Source of the DNA: Leptolyngbyaceae cyanobacterium
Lineage (GTDB): Bacteria; Cyanobacteriota; Cyanobacteriia; Phormidesmidales; Phormidesmidaceae
Direction: 5' to 3'
Assembly (NCBI GenBank): GCA_050331235.1
Contig: JBHJHA010000032.1
Location: forward strand, 1 to 64,000
Length of the DNA stretch: 64,000 nt
The notes under the pieces were generated by a model. The model saw only the letters and a list, made by a program, of their open reading frames with translations, did not search any database and was not told the origin of the DNA. The translations under genes were made by a program, and so were the position numbers. This document shows, piece after piece, positions 1 through 10,821 of this stretch. The first letter of the stretch is position 1. Every line of letters starts with the position of its first letter.

Positions 1-70
1 CGGGTTAGGTTCTGCTCCTACCGCGATCCGGACCCCGGTATGGCTTCACGCCAGCAACACCAGAAACACT
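1..70 (-). promoter_or_regulatory. Candidate structured 5' leader of a minus-strand gene outside the window (possibly rpsD)
   Basis: Non-coding. Minus strand reads GGCGTGAAGCCATACCGGGGTCCGGATCGCGGTAGGAGCAGAACCTAACCCG with a TACCG...CGGTA stem. Resemblance to cyanobacterial rpsD upstream regions is from memory and unverified. Confidence 0.4.
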
Positions 71-341
71 TCTGTCGCCTGGAGTTCAAAGTCCAAACCT
101 ACAAGTATGCTCCAGGCTAATCTTTTGTCAGTCAATCAGGTCTATGTGTTTTACATATCTTTTATTTGGTAAGGGCCACTGCAAATATTGAGTCTGTAGC
201 CGTGTTGATTGTCGATAAAACGATAGCAAGCAATTTGTATTTGTCTTGCTGTATCAGCCTTTAATGCTCGCTAATCGAGCTTGTGAGGCTTTTATCGTGC
301 TCTGCGCTTTGATCAACCTTTCATTGACTTGATGCTTACCC

Positions 342-1586
342 ATGGTTTCTTCCCGAGATTCTGCATTGCCGCCGTTGTCTGAGCGCCTACAAGAACTGGT
401 ACAAATTTTTGGCAGATTGGGGTTCATCGGCTTTGGTGGGCCCCAAGCCCATATCGCCATGCAAAATGACGAAGCAGTTGTGCGGCGCCAATGGCTGACG
501 CAGGAGCAATTTAGCGACGGATTGGCCATTTGTGAAATGCTGCCAGGGCCAGCGTCAACTCAAATGGGTATTTACCTAGGGTATGTACGGGCCGGACAGT
601 TGGGGGCTTTAGTCGCGGGTTTGGCGTTTATCATGCCAGCCTTTTTGATTGTCATTGCCCTGTCGTGGGCTTATTTTCGGTTTCAGGCCTTGCCCCAACT
701 GGATGCCTTGTTTTTTGGCATCGCACCAGTCATGATTGCCATTATTCTGGGGTTCTGTTGGAAGTTAGGCAAAAAATCAATTCATGATTGGTTGGGCATT
801 GTTATCGCGATCGCCGTCGGACTCGCAGTTGGCTGGGGTGGATTAAATCCTCTGTGGGCATTTATTTTGGCTGGTGTGGTAGGACTCGTGATGTATCGAC
901 CGCAATCTAGCCATTCGTCTCACCTGATTTGGCTACCATTGATCGCTGCAGCGGAGTTGCCAATGGCGACGACTGAGGCCGCAGTGCTGACCCTATCGAG
1001 CTTTTGGGGCATTGAGCGCATTGCTGACTTCTTTGCGCCGTTGGTTACTCTATTTCTCAAGACCGGGACCTTCATCTTTGGAGGCGGTTTAGTCATTATT
1101 CCCCTTCTGGAGTTTGAAGTGGTTGATCAATTGAATTGGTTGACTCGCGGCGAATTCATTGATGGAATTGCGATTGGCCAGCTCAGCCCTGGGCCTGTTG
1201 TGTTGACCTCAGCCTTCATCGGATTCAAAGTAGCTGGCATCTTGGGGGCCATCGTGGCCTGTGTCAGTATTTTCACTCCGTCTTTTTTGTTCATCATGGC
1301 GGGGGCACCAGTGCTGCTGAAAGTCAGACAAAATCTCTGGGTGCAGGGGTTTTTGAAAGCGGTTCGCCCAGCCGTTTTAGGGGCGATCGCTGCCGCCGCC
1401 ATTCCTTTGGTAGAAACTGCAGTTGTAGCTCAGCCGGCCATCGGACTAACAGCGATCGCGGCGTTGACTATGATCTTGTCTCTAGTTTTGTTAATCCGCT
1501 TCAAGGTCCCGACTTGGCAGCTAGTACTTGCTGGGGGCGTTCTGGGATTAATCGTGGGGAGCGTGTTTAGTGATTACTTCACCTAA
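342..1586 (+). CDS. chrA: Chromate efflux transporter (long-chain CHR family)
   Basis: 414 aa with two CHR repeats: GFIGFGGPQAH...LPGPAS and GTFIFGGG...SPGP. Confidence 0.92.
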   Translation: MVSSRDSALPPLSERLQELVQIFGRLGFIGFGGPQAHIAMQNDEAVVRRQWLTQEQFSDGLAICEMLPGPASTQMGIYLGYVRAGQLGALVAGLAFIMPAFLIVIALSWAYFRFQALPQLDALFFGIAPVMIAIILGFCWKLGKKSIHDWLGIVIAIAVGLAVGWGGLNPLWAFILAGVVGLVMYRPQSSHSSHLIWLPLIAAAELPMATTEAAVLTLSSFWGIERIADFFAPLVTLFLKTGTFIFGGGLVIIPLLEFEVVDQLNWLTRGEFIDGIAIGQLSPGPVVLTSAFIGFKVAGILGAIVACVSIFTPSFLFIMAGAPVLLKVRQNLWVQGFLKAVRPAVLGAIAAAAIPLVETAVVAQPAIGLTAIAALTMILSLVLLIRFKVPTWQLVLAGGVLGLIVGSVFSDYFT

Positions 1587-1773
1587 GCCTTGGGCGTGGT
1601 AATGATGCTCAGCATGGGAATCATGGTAATGACCTGTCCATATTCTGGCTAGGTGGCCTCTAGGCTGCACTCATATAATTCGGTGCGCAGACGTCATTGT
1701 GTAAATCCCTTTTTGGGGTGGTTGCCATCGTGCCATGACCCCGCAAGGAACTTTTATTTAAACGACTTAACTG

Positions 1774-2715
1774 ATGGATACTCAAGCAAAAATCTTTGTA
1801 GCTGGGCATAACGGCTTAGTAGGCAGTGCGATCGTTCGTATGTTGCAGGACCGGGGTTATCACAATCTATTAACGAGATCGAGTAAAGCCCTTGACCTCC
1901 GTGAACAAGCAGCGGTTGATCGGTTCTTTGCCGAAGAGCAACCAGACTATGTCTTTTTGGCGGCCGCCAAGGTGGGTGGCATCCAGGCCAACAACATCTA
2001 TCGCGGCGAGTTTCTCTATGACAACCTGATGATCGAGGCCAATGTCATTCACAGTGCTTATAAGCATCAGGCGAAAAAACTTCTATTTTTGGGCTCCTCG
2101 TGCATTTATCCCAAGCTATGTCCCCAGCCGATGCCTGAGGAAGCATTGCTAACTGGATTTTTGGAGCCCACTAACGAACCCTATGCGATCGCCAAAATTG
2201 CGGGACTAAAGCTCTGTGAAAATTACTCTCGACAGTACGGCGTTAATTTTATTTCAGCCATGCCGACCAATCTATACGGCATCAACGACAACTTTGACCT
2301 AGCGAACTCTCACGTCTTACCAGCCTTGGTGCGCAAGTTCCATGAGGCTAAGGTCAATGGCGCACCCACCGTCACCGTTTGGGGGACAGGTGAACCATTG
2401 CGGGAGTTTTTATACGTTGATGATTTGGCCGATGCGCTGGTTTTCCTGATGGAAAATTACAATCAGGTTGAGTTTGTCAACGTCGGCACCGGAGAGGAAA
2501 TTTCCATTAAAGAACTGGCCCTGACTATCAAGGCGGTAGTGGGCTTTGGTGGAGATCTGGTCTTTGATACCTCTAAGCCAGATGGCACTCCTCGCAAACT
2601 GTTGGATGTTTCTCGCTTGAAGAATTTGGGATGGCAAGCTCAAACTAGCCTCAAAGAAGGTATCGAAAAAACCTACGCCTGGTATCTAGAAAACCTAGAT
2701 AGCATTCGCCGCTGA
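1774..2715 (+). CDS. fcl: GDP-L-fucose synthase
   Basis: [37 protein letters not shown] and KPDGTPRK motifs. Confidence 0.96.
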   Translation: MDTQAKIFVAGHNGLVGSAIVRMLQDRGYHNLLTRSSKALDLREQAAVDRFFAEEQPDYVFLAAAKVGGIQANNIYRGEFLYDNLMIEANVIHSAYKHQAKKLLFLGSSCIYPKLCPQPMPEEALLTGFLEPTNEPYAIAKIAGLKLCENYSRQYGVNFISAMPTNLYGINDNFDLANSHVLPALVRKFHEAKVNGAPTVTVWGTGEPLREFLYVDDLADALVFLMENYNQVEFVNVGTGEEISIKELALTIKAVVGFGGDLVFDTSKPDGTPRKLLDVSRLKNLGWQAQTSLKEGIEKTYAWYLENLDSIRR

Positions 2716-2983
2716 GGAATCCGGTGATAAGGGAAAGTTCCATAGGGAGAATGTTCTCAAGAGTCGATCCCTAAGGGGAGCAACGACATTCTTAACCAGG
2801 AAGCTTGTTTTGATCGTAGGCATTGGATAGTTTTGCCAGAGGAATTTCGCCATTGCATTTATCAAATTTTGCAGTCAGGAACAGGATTCTGGCGTATGCT
2901 TAGGCTTCTGGTGCTCAAGCATTGCACTTGGGCACATCTAAGGTCACAGCTAAGTGCTTTAGGTTCCTGATTTTCTGTTCGCT

Positions 2984-3571
2984 ATGCTGACGAGTGTTGA
3001 CCGACTATTATTCGTTCGGGGTGTTCCTATCTTTAGTGAGCTCAGGGACGATTTTTTGGTGAGACTGGCCTCCATTATGGATGAGCTATCGTTTCCCGAA
3101 CGGCATACTATTTTTACTGAAGGCCAAGAAGGTCGAGCCCTTTACATTGTGGTCAAGGGGCAAGTGAGAGTGCATTTGCTGGATGGTCAAGAACTGGCAC
3201 AGCTTGAAGCGGGTGCCTGCTTTGGTGAAATGTCACTGTTTGATGCTGAGCCCCGTTCTGCTTCTATTACTACGGTTGAAGCCTGTGACTGTCTGATGTT
3301 GACCCAGCAGCAGCTTTACGAGGCGATCGATGAGACACCTGGAATCGCCATCAATATTATTCGTTTACTTTCTCGTCGCATTCGCGAGCTGAACAACGAC
3401 TTAAAGGAAAAGCAAAAAGAGGTAAAGGCGCTTTCTCAGGAAGCGAGTCTGGGATATGTTGCGACTCCTCCGCGATCGCCCCTGCCGACCATGCCATCCG
3501 TTATGGGAGAACCTCCCCAACGACAATTAGACGATCGCGGTAGTTTGCCCTTCAGCAGCTTTCCTCATTGA
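2984..3571 (+). CDS. Cyclic nucleotide-binding domain protein (no HTH)
   Basis: FGEMSLFDAEPRSAS phosphate-binding cassette, then a coiled coil and Pro-rich tail. Confidence 0.88.
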   Translation: MLTSVDRLLFVRGVPIFSELRDDFLVRLASIMDELSFPERHTIFTEGQEGRALYIVVKGQVRVHLLDGQELAQLEAGACFGEMSLFDAEPRSASITTVEACDCLMLTQQQLYEAIDETPGIAINIIRLLSRRIRELNNDLKEKQKEVKALSQEASLGYVATPPRSPLPTMPSVMGEPPQRQLDDRGSLPFSSFPH

Positions 3572-3811
3572 AGAACTTTCCTCTGTGGTTTTTTGCTGCG
3601 ATCGGCCAGGTCCGGTTAATCAACGTTGTCTGTTTTCCACGGCAACATTTCTTTATTTGACATCAGGTTGTCGATGGGCCGGAGATATCTTGAACGTTGT
3701 CCCTCAAAGGGGAGATCACTCAGACCTAGACATGTGCAAGACGTTGATCATGTATTCCCTTCAGCCTCGAAGTTGGGCGATAGTAATAAAGTCCATTTGC
3801 CAAATAGTCCT

Positions 3812-4435
3812 ATGAAACTGTCACACCGCCTTTGGGAGGCCAATCAGGATTTAGCAACAGCCTGCCTCAAGCACCCATTTGTGCAGGGCATTTATGATGG
3901 CACTTTGCCAAAGGAAAAGTTTGCGGGCTATGTCGGTCAGGATGCTTTCTTTCTGGAGGCGTTTGCGCGCGCCTATAGCATTGCGGCGGCTAAGGCCCCT
4001 GACTGGTCAGGCTTTGTGACATTCCACACCTTGGCTCAGGGGGTGCTCACTGAACTTGAGCTCCATGGGCAATACGCGAGTAGCTGGGGCATCGACCTTG
4101 CAACCGTTAGACCTGGTCGTGCAACCCGGCAATATACAGACTTTTTATTGTCAGTTGCCTGGAGCCAGACGGTTGGGGTGACAGCGGCAGCTATGTTTCC
4201 CTGTATGCGGCTATATGAGTATATCGGCCAGTCGCTCGCCCAAAACGGAGTCCCCCAACATGCTTACAGCGATTGGATCAATACCTACAGCAACGATGAG
4301 TTTGAGCCCCTGGCAACACAGCTTGAGTTGCTGGTCAATCAACATAGCCCCGATACGCCGTTGGTGACTGAGACCTTTCGCTATGCTATGCAGTGTGAAT
4401 ATGATTTTTTTGATGCGGCTTGGCAAGGGAAATAG
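3812..4435 (+). CDS. tenA: TenA/thiaminase II family protein
   Basis: HPFVQG, YVGQDAFFL, PCMRLY, WINTYS and EYDFF motifs. ATG at 3812 preferred over TTG at 3626. Confidence 0.88.
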   Translation: MKLSHRLWEANQDLATACLKHPFVQGIYDGTLPKEKFAGYVGQDAFFLEAFARAYSIAAAKAPDWSGFVTFHTLAQGVLTELELHGQYASSWGIDLATVRPGRATRQYTDFLLSVAWSQTVGVTAAAMFPCMRLYEYIGQSLAQNGVPQHAYSDWINTYSNDEFEPLATQLELLVNQHSPDTPLVTETFRYAMQCEYDFFDAAWQGK

Positions 4436-4537
4436 TGATAGTTGATGCATAGTGATATCCCTGGGATATCTGGACTGTGAAGCGGTTGGCGAGCCAAAAT
4501 CTAGTCATGATTAAAGAGGTGACTTCATGTGTGACCC

Positions 4538-5194
4538 GTGACTGAGAAATCTTTTGACATTGATCGAGCCATACCACTGCTGAGAGACGCGATCGCCCCG
4601 TTTCCCAAAGCCGCAATGTTTCAACTGGCTGAAGAAGGGTTTGATACGCTCTATGAGCAACTCGTCTCTTGCATCATCTCAATTCGCACTTATGACGAGG
4701 TGAGTGTGCCCGTTTCACGCCGCTTGTTTGCCCAGGCGCGTACACCGGAGCAGATGGTCAAGCTGACCCGACCAGAAATTTTGGAGCTTATCCAAGACTC
4801 CACCTTTGCAGAAAATAAGGCGACTCAAATTCATACCCTGTCTCAGCAAATCTTGTCTGACCTGGGCGGTGACTTACCCCAAGATCCTGAGGCGCTGACC
4901 CAATTCAAGGGAGTGGGACCCAAATGCGCCCATTTGGCCTTAGGCGTTGCCGTTGGCTATCCCTGCATCAGCGTCGATATTCACGTTCATCGCGTCACTA
5001 ACCGCTGGGGCTATGTTTCTACCAAGACTCCGGAAAAAACTATGGTGGCTCTGGAAAAAGCGCTGCCCCAGCAATATTGGGTCGAAATCAATCAGCTTCT
5101 AGTACCGTTTGGTAAACACATTTGCCGAGGAAAACGGCCTCATTGCCAAGTGTGTCCTTTAGTGGAGATGTGCGAACAGGTAGGGATTGGGTGA
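4538..5194 (+). CDS. nth: Endonuclease III family DNA glycosylase
   Basis: HhH GVGPKCA, VDIHVHR and C-terminal CX6CX2CX5C Fe-S motif. Confidence 0.9.
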   Translation: MTEKSFDIDRAIPLLRDAIAPFPKAAMFQLAEEGFDTLYEQLVSCIISIRTYDEVSVPVSRRLFAQARTPEQMVKLTRPEILELIQDSTFAENKATQIHTLSQQILSDLGGDLPQDPEALTQFKGVGPKCAHLALGVAVGYPCISVDIHVHRVTNRWGYVSTKTPEKTMVALEKALPQQYWVEINQLLVPFGKHICRGKRPHCQVCPLVEMCEQVGIG

Positions 5195-5216
5195 ACCTGT
5201 ACGGGCAGTGAGTAAG

Positions 5217-6038
5217 CTAGTACAAGGTCTGCATCAGTTGTTTGCGATAGGTTTGGGTTAGGGTATGGTCATTTCCTAACAGGCTAAAGAGGGTCAGCAA
5301 TGCTTTACGCCCAGCATCTGAGCGATACTTGCGATCGCGCTTAACCAGTTCTAAGAACTGTTTCATCGCGGCCTCATAGTTGCCCGCGATTGTCGCCTGG
5401 GCACCGCTCACATATAGCTGGTCAGCATCGGTACTGGGTTCAAGATCCGCAACAACCTGATGAAAATCCATGAGCGATCGCACAGCAGTAGCCTGCTCTC
5501 CAAAGGGACGGTTAAGCGGATCGATGCGATCTAGCAAAAGGATAGCTTGCTCAAACTCACCCTGTTTCAAGAAAAACTGAGCCGCTTTCAGCAAAAGTTC
5601 CGGCCGATCTGGATACTGCTTAAGCAAATCAGCATACTGCGCCTTCAGTTGCCCTGCATCGCCTGCCTGCTGGGCCGCCTCAAGGGTAGCCATCGCTTCA
5701 GTAAAGGTTGACTTGAGTTCGAGCTGCTCCAAAAAGGCTCGAAGCTGAGGCTCGTCCAACATGCCGACAAAACCGTTATACATCTCTCCCTTAACGGCCA
5801 CTTTGACATCCGGCACCCCCTCAACCCGATAAATCCGAGCGAGTTCAGGATTTTGATCGATGTCGACCTTAGCCAGCACAAAGTCATACTCTCGGGTCAG
5901 TTTTTCTAGCAGTGGTTTCAGCATTTGGCAAGGACCACACCACTGGGCATAAAAATCAATGACCACGGGTGTTTCAAATGATTTTTCCAACACCGCTTCA
6001 TCAAAGCTAGCGCTGTCAACTTCGACGATCGCCCCCAT
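5217..6038 (-). CDS. ybbN: Thioredoxin-TPR chaperedoxin (YbbN/CnoX family)
   Basis: WCGPC thioredoxin domain, helical repeats, C-terminal YRKQLMQTLY. Confidence 0.88.
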   Translation of the reverse strand: MGAIVEVDSASFDEAVLEKSFETPVVIDFYAQWCGPCQMLKPLLEKLTREYDFVLAKVDIDQNPELARIYRVEGVPDVKVAVKGEMYNGFVGMLDEPQLRAFLEQLELKSTFTEAMATLEAAQQAGDAGQLKAQYADLLKQYPDRPELLLKAAQFFLKQGEFEQAILLLDRIDPLNRPFGEQATAVRSLMDFHQVVADLEPSTDADQLYVSGAQATIAGNYEAAMKQFLELVKRDRKYRSDAGRKALLTLFSLLGNDHTLTQTYRKQLMQTLY

Positions 6039-6040
6039 CT

Positions 6041-6865
6041 CTACGCTCCTGACATAGACCTATTCATCATTATCAGCTCATATACCGATAAAAGCACTTC
6101 AATCACGATTAAAATCACGACATACCATTCCAATCGCAAGCCAGTTTTTTGTTGCTGAATGTCCAAGGCTGTTTCAGCTGTACGGGAAACTAAGTCAAGC
6201 TTTCGCTCCAGTGACAAGTGGCGCTCACGAATCTCATATTCATCTTCGACTCGGGCATAAAAGCGATCAAGCTCTGGATATTCCCAAAGCAGTTCAGGTT
6301 TATCGATGATTTCCACCCTGCCCACGAGATTGTGGTGAATCAATAGCGAATTGCCAATTTGCTTGAGCAAAACGTCCGCTCCACGATTTTGCTTTTGCGA
6401 GCCCTGTAAGCCTTCTGCAAAAGGGCGAATTTGGTCAAACACTTGAGCGGATTCAGCTTCGTACTTAGCTAAGACAACACTCTTGGCGAGCACAGCAGCA
6501 ACCAATTGCAATGTTGGAACTTGAAATTGGGAAACTAGCACAACCCCATCTTCGACTTTGCCCTCATTGACCGCTGCTAGCCGAATCAAGACCTCTTCTG
6601 TTTCAGGATTGTCAAACGGGCTTACAATCGAAGTCTGGATGTCATGGATGAACTGAGCCTCGGCTGCCTCGGTAAAGCCGAAAAGGACAACAACGCCATA
6701 TTCAAACACCACTACACACCCTTTTTCTTCGCTTTGAATCGTGAGCGGATCAAAGGCTAGAGGTGATGCTTGAGTCAAGAGTTTGAGGTTAATGGTTTGA
6801 CCCAAGAAGTAAGCCCGAATGGTAATCGTGTCAATATCAGCAAACAGCATCAGCAAACAGCTCAA
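6041..6865 (-). CDS. RMD1/DUF155 family protein
   Basis: VFEYGVVVLFG, DKPELLWEYPEL, EYEIRER and RLEWYVVILI motifs; 2 bp from ybbN. Confidence 0.85.
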   Translation of the reverse strand: MSCLLMLFADIDTITIRAYFLGQTINLKLLTQASPLAFDPLTIQSEEKGCVVVFEYGVVVLFGFTEAAEAQFIHDIQTSIVSPFDNPETEEVLIRLAAVNEGKVEDGVVLVSQFQVPTLQLVAAVLAKSVVLAKYEAESAQVFDQIRPFAEGLQGSQKQNRGADVLLKQIGNSLLIHHNLVGRVEIIDKPELLWEYPELDRFYARVEDEYEIRERHLSLERKLDLVSRTAETALDIQQQKTGLRLEWYVVILIVIEVLLSVYELIMMNRSMSGA

Positions 6866-6983
6866 TTATTTTATTTGTAACGATAATCAGCATGCTCAGC
6901 AGTCTGAAAACGTTCAGCAAATGCAGCAGTGGCTGATGAATTAATACGATCGCTAATGCCAGTCGAGTTAGGACATCTAAAGT

Positions 6984-7544
6984 ATGGAACGTATCCTATT
7001 TATCCTAGGCATCCTAGAGGATGAAGATATTGACTGGCTAGTGGCTGCAGGGGATCGTCAAGAGCTATTGACTAATGAGATTCTCATTCGAGAAGGTGAA
7101 CCAATTGATGCGATCTACCTTATCTTGTCTGGCTGCTTTGTTGTGGCAATTGAGCGATCGCAGGGGACGCCCATCGCCAAACTGACCAGCGGTGAAGTAG
7201 TGGGCGAGATGTCGTTTGTAGACCACCTCCCCCCCTCTGCCACCGTGGTGGCAACTGAGCAAGCTGTCGTCCTCACCATTCAAAGAGACATGCTTGAGCA
7301 GAAGCTAGACCAAGATATGAGCTTTGCTAAGCGCTGGTATCAAGCCTTAGCAGTGCTCCTATCTGTCCGCCTGAGAGGAACGGTACAGCACTTAGAGGCC
7401 GAGTTTTGGGAACCCACGACTATCAATCGCGATCTGCTGTCCCCAGATATGCATGACAGTATGAAATTGGGCAGCATCCGCTTTGATTGGTTAATGCGCC
7501 GGCTGCGCGACACTGAATTGCCGACCACTTGGCCTGAATCGTAG
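6984..7544 (+). CDS. Cyclic nucleotide-binding domain protein
   Basis: LIREGE...GEVVGEMSFVDHLPPSATV. Confidence 0.85.
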   Translation: MERILFILGILEDEDIDWLVAAGDRQELLTNEILIREGEPIDAIYLILSGCFVVAIERSQGTPIAKLTSGEVVGEMSFVDHLPPSATVVATEQAVVLTIQRDMLEQKLDQDMSFAKRWYQALAVLLSVRLRGTVQHLEAEFWEPTTINRDLLSPDMHDSMKLGSIRFDWLMRRLRDTELPTTWPES

Positions 7545-7839
7545 CTATTGACGGCAAGATTTTTGCTGACCGCTCTCAGGTTTACCGACCTGAGATGAGC
7601 AGAGTGGAGTGCGATGCTCACAACTCACTCGGCTTTGGGCAAAAGTCGTCGTATTCGATCAGCCGAAGCAGCATCGCATCATAACCGAAATCTGGGGAAT
7701 GCAAATTTTTTCTAAGCTTTTCCTGATGGGAATCACACAGTTTGATAAAGCTAAATCGAATTTTGGGTTGACTACGTAAATTTCCTATGGAATGTGTGAA
7801 CAATTGATTAACAACTTTGAACAGAGGTAGAGCATCGCT

Positions 7840-8301
7840 ATGAGTCTTAGCGAGATGGTCAAGGATCCAGCAGTTCAAGCTAGCTTAGTTGCAGACTGTG
7901 ATCAACTCATCCATACCCATGTCTCCCAGAAAGGGGGCGTTTCTGGCATGGCTTTTAAGACGGCCTACCGCGTTGCCAAAGGTATTGGCCCGACATATGT
8001 GCAAGGAGCCCTTAGTCGGTTGTTACCCGATGCGCTCAAAGCATTGGACCCTATGTGGGAGGAAGGATTGCAAACCGGGGACCCAGTGCATCATTTAGAA
8101 GCCCACCGAGATCGCACCGCCGATCTGATCTTGAGCGTGACTGATCATCGTATTCAATATTCGTCAGGCGCGATCGTGGGGGTTTATAAGAAGCTGCGCA
8201 AATCAGTCAAAACCGATGTTGCAGAGGTCGTTCCCGCGCTGGCTACGATCTTAGGTCGCCACCACATGGGCTTGCTACAAGATGCTTCACTCGGCGAGTA
8301 G
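7840..8301 (+). CDS. Conserved hypothetical protein (DUF6918-like)
   Basis: 153 aa ORF with KGGVSGMAFK and ADLILSVTD motifs. Confidence 0.65.
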   Translation: MSLSEMVKDPAVQASLVADCDQLIHTHVSQKGGVSGMAFKTAYRVAKGIGPTYVQGALSRLLPDALKALDPMWEEGLQTGDPVHHLEAHRDRTADLILSVTDHRIQYSSGAIVGVYKKLRKSVKTDVAEVVPALATILGRHHMGLLQDASLGE

Positions 8302-8351
8302 ATCATATTCCTGACTGTCTACCGGTCATAATTCAGGACAGTACTTAGTCC

Positions 8352-8384
8352 AAAGGAGCTGCACGATCGCGCAACTCCTTTTTT
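8352..8384 (+). terminator. Rho-independent terminator after the 7840 gene
   Basis: AAAGGAGCTGC-ACGATCGC-GCAACTCCTTT followed by a T run. Confidence 0.6.
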
Positions 8385-8417
8385 GGCAAGAGATGTGGGC
8401 CCCCTTGAGAATTGATA

Positions 8418-8451
8418 AGAAAAAGCCGTGACTAAAGTACAGTCACGGCTT
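8418..8451 (-). terminator. Rho-independent terminator of chlP
   Basis: AAGCCGTGACT/AGTCACGGCTT arms with a U tract on the minus strand. Confidence 0.75.
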
Positions 8452-8481
8452 GGGGAGTGTGTCAGGAGTGAGGTACTCGAT

Positions 8482-9717
8482 TTACCAAGAGCGAGTCGGT
8501 GACAGAGCGCTACCGCGGAGTAGGCTACCGACAGTTTTAGCGGTAATTTTGAGCTGAGTGACCGGATTAGCAGGAACTACAGTTTTGTACAAATAGCTGT
8601 CAAAAGTCAGCTTTTGGACATCCATATCTGCACACATTTCGACAAATGCCTCTCGGGTGGCGTCAGTCCGGTAAAAGACTCGCTGCAGCAGATCTAAGAC
8701 GAGGTAAGTGGCACCGTACTGCTTGTCCCACTGCTTGATATAGGTCTTGAGGTCAGCTTCGGTTGGAATGCGCTGGCCAGCCCGTGAAAGCTCGACGACT
8801 GTTTCAGCACACATCCGTCCTGACTTCGCCGCGAAATAAATGCCTTCACCGGAGGACTTAGTCACGGTGCCGGCGGCATCACCTACAAGGGCGACGCGCC
8901 CCACAACCCTCCGAGGCCGGGGATGCTCAGGAATGGGATGCGCTTCGACTTTGATGATCTCGCCCCCCTCAATCCGCTTGGCGGCCCGTTTCCGGATACC
9001 CGCCTGTAAAGACTTGATCTTGGCCTGATTGACTCGCATCGTCCCTGTACCCACGGCTACATGGTCATACTTGGGAAATACCCAAGCGTAAAAATCAGGG
9101 GAAACATCGTTACCGACGTACATCTCGGCCAGCTCTTCGTAGTAAGCCATTTTGTCGTCAGGAATACGAATCCGCTCTTGGAAGGCGATCGCGTAGTTAT
9201 AGTCACCAGCATCAATAGCCTTCGCGACCCGGGAGTTTGCTCCGTCGGCACCGATAACCAGATCAACCTGTAGGGTTTTGCTGTCGCCGACTAACCCATC
9301 CGGTCGATGCTCGGTGTAATGCAGCGTGTAAGGAGTTCCCTCAGTCTGAGGCAACTCCAGCTTGTGCATCGTGCCGTTAATCAACTTGGCCCCGAGCTTT
9401 GCTGCGCGATCGCGCATGAACCCGTCTAAAACTTCTCGCCGGCACATGCCGATATATTCATCAGGCTTGAGGGTGCTGCCGATGTTGACCTCAATATTAG
9501 AGGGGGAAATCATCTTCATCTTTCGCACCCGGCGATCAATGATCTCGGGCGGGAGATCAAATTCACCCACCATACACAACGGGATCGCGCCGCCACAGGG
9601 CTTGGCATTATCGAGCTTGCGCTCTAGTAAATAGGTTTCAATTCCAGCTTTGGCTAAGGTCTCAGCAGCAGAGGAGCCGGCTGGCCCGCCTCCGACGACG
9701 GCAACTCGCAGGGTCAA
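8482..9717 (-). CDS. chlP: Geranylgeranyl reductase
   Basis: VAVVGGGPAG, AKPCGGAIP and GEGIYFAAKSGRMCA motifs. TTG start at 9717 follows a GGAG. Confidence 0.97.
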   Translation of the reverse strand: MTLRVAVVGGGPAGSSAAETLAKAGIETYLLERKLDNAKPCGGAIPLCMVGEFDLPPEIIDRRVRKMKMISPSNIEVNIGSTLKPDEYIGMCRREVLDGFMRDRAAKLGAKLINGTMHKLELPQTEGTPYTLHYTEHRPDGLVGDSKTLQVDLVIGADGANSRVAKAIDAGDYNYAIAFQERIRIPDDKMAYYEELAEMYVGNDVSPDFYAWVFPKYDHVAVGTGTMRVNQAKIKSLQAGIRKRAAKRIEGGEIIKVEAHPIPEHPRPRRVVGRVALVGDAAGTVTKSSGEGIYFAAKSGRMCAETVVELSRAGQRIPTEADLKTYIKQWDKQYGATYLVLDLLQRVFYRTDATREAFVEMCADMDVQKLTFDSYLYKTVVPANPVTQLKITAKTVGSLLRGSALSPTRSW

Positions 9718-10284
9718 AAGCCTTTCTCCAGATTGTTCAAATCTACGCAACGCATCGTATCACGCGGTTTCAGTTACTTTTGGTTGTTCTTGATGGTTGT
9801 AACTGTAATGAAATAGTCGTTTACAATTAGACACCTGTCAGGGAGGCGCTCTATGGTTGAGCTGTCTTGGCGTTAATGATTTGGCAGAATACACTAAAAT
9901 CTGAAAAATAGAAAAACATGGCTCAGTGTGTCGAATTATACTTTAGTTGCTGAAGCGAACCCCTGCTCTGCCTGTGGTTTAATTTCTAGGCGGTCGGTGA
10001 GCTTGCATCGTTGAGATCGCTGAAATGATTTGCGGAAATTCTGGCTGTCCCTCAAGTTTGTTTAGCAATAATGACTAGGCAGTTGGGTATTCTGAAAACG
10101 CCTGGTCATTTACCTGGGTAGAGGGAATAGCTAGGTCGTTTACACCAGCTCAGTTAAATTCGCTTTTTGGCGATCGCAGTCGAGCCGAGCTGTATCTATT
10201 TAGAGAGTCTGCTCAAGCATCAAGTAGCCTGTTAGATTGACCTCACAAAGGTGCATTTTAAGGTGGAGGTATCCTGTAAAAGGT

Positions 10285-10644
10285 ATGGATCAAAAAACGC
10301 ACACAACTGATGATGGTCGTCAAGTGATTGTCATTACGCCAACTGGGCGTTTAGACATCACTACGGCTTGGCAGTTTCGACTCAACCTGCAAGACTGCAT
10401 TTCTAGGCAGAGTCCTCACATCGTGATCAACCTCAGTCAAGTTAACTTTATTGATAGCTCTGGCCTTACCTCTTTGGTGGCTGGGATGAGAGATGCTGAT
10501 AAAGTCCAAGGCAGCTTTCGAATTTGCAGCGTGCATCCCGAAGCAAAACTGGTTTTTGAGGTCACGATGATGGACTCGGTGTTCGAAATCTATGAAACTG
10601 AAGACGACGCTTTGCAGGGCAATCCAAAGCAGGTCGCTAGTTAA
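10285..10644 (+). CDS. STAS-domain anti-sigma factor antagonist
   Basis: GRLD...FIDSSGL motif; ATG at 10285 chosen. Confidence 0.9.
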   Translation: MDQKTHTTDDGRQVIVITPTGRLDITTAWQFRLNLQDCISRQSPHIVINLSQVNFIDSSGLTSLVAGMRDADKVQGSFRICSVHPEAKLVFEVTMMDSVFEIYETEDDALQGNPKQVAS

Positions 10645-10821
10645 GAGGTATCGGGTTTTAGGACTAGACTTTAAGCTTGGCTCTTGATCCCCAGGACGGA
10701 CATTAGTGAGGAGCGAGGGACAAAATTTATAGGCTAAGAAGCCGAATGCCGTTTTCCGAGATTATCCTGCGTTTGCCTTATGTGCCGTTACGATAAAAGC
10801 CTTACTTCGCATCATCATTAG

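Noticed and set aside
3572..3811. TPP riboswitch upstream of tenA, or the 62-aa N-terminal extension
   Set aside because: No CTGAGA or ACCTGAT core is present. The extension from TTG 3626 does not resemble TenA.
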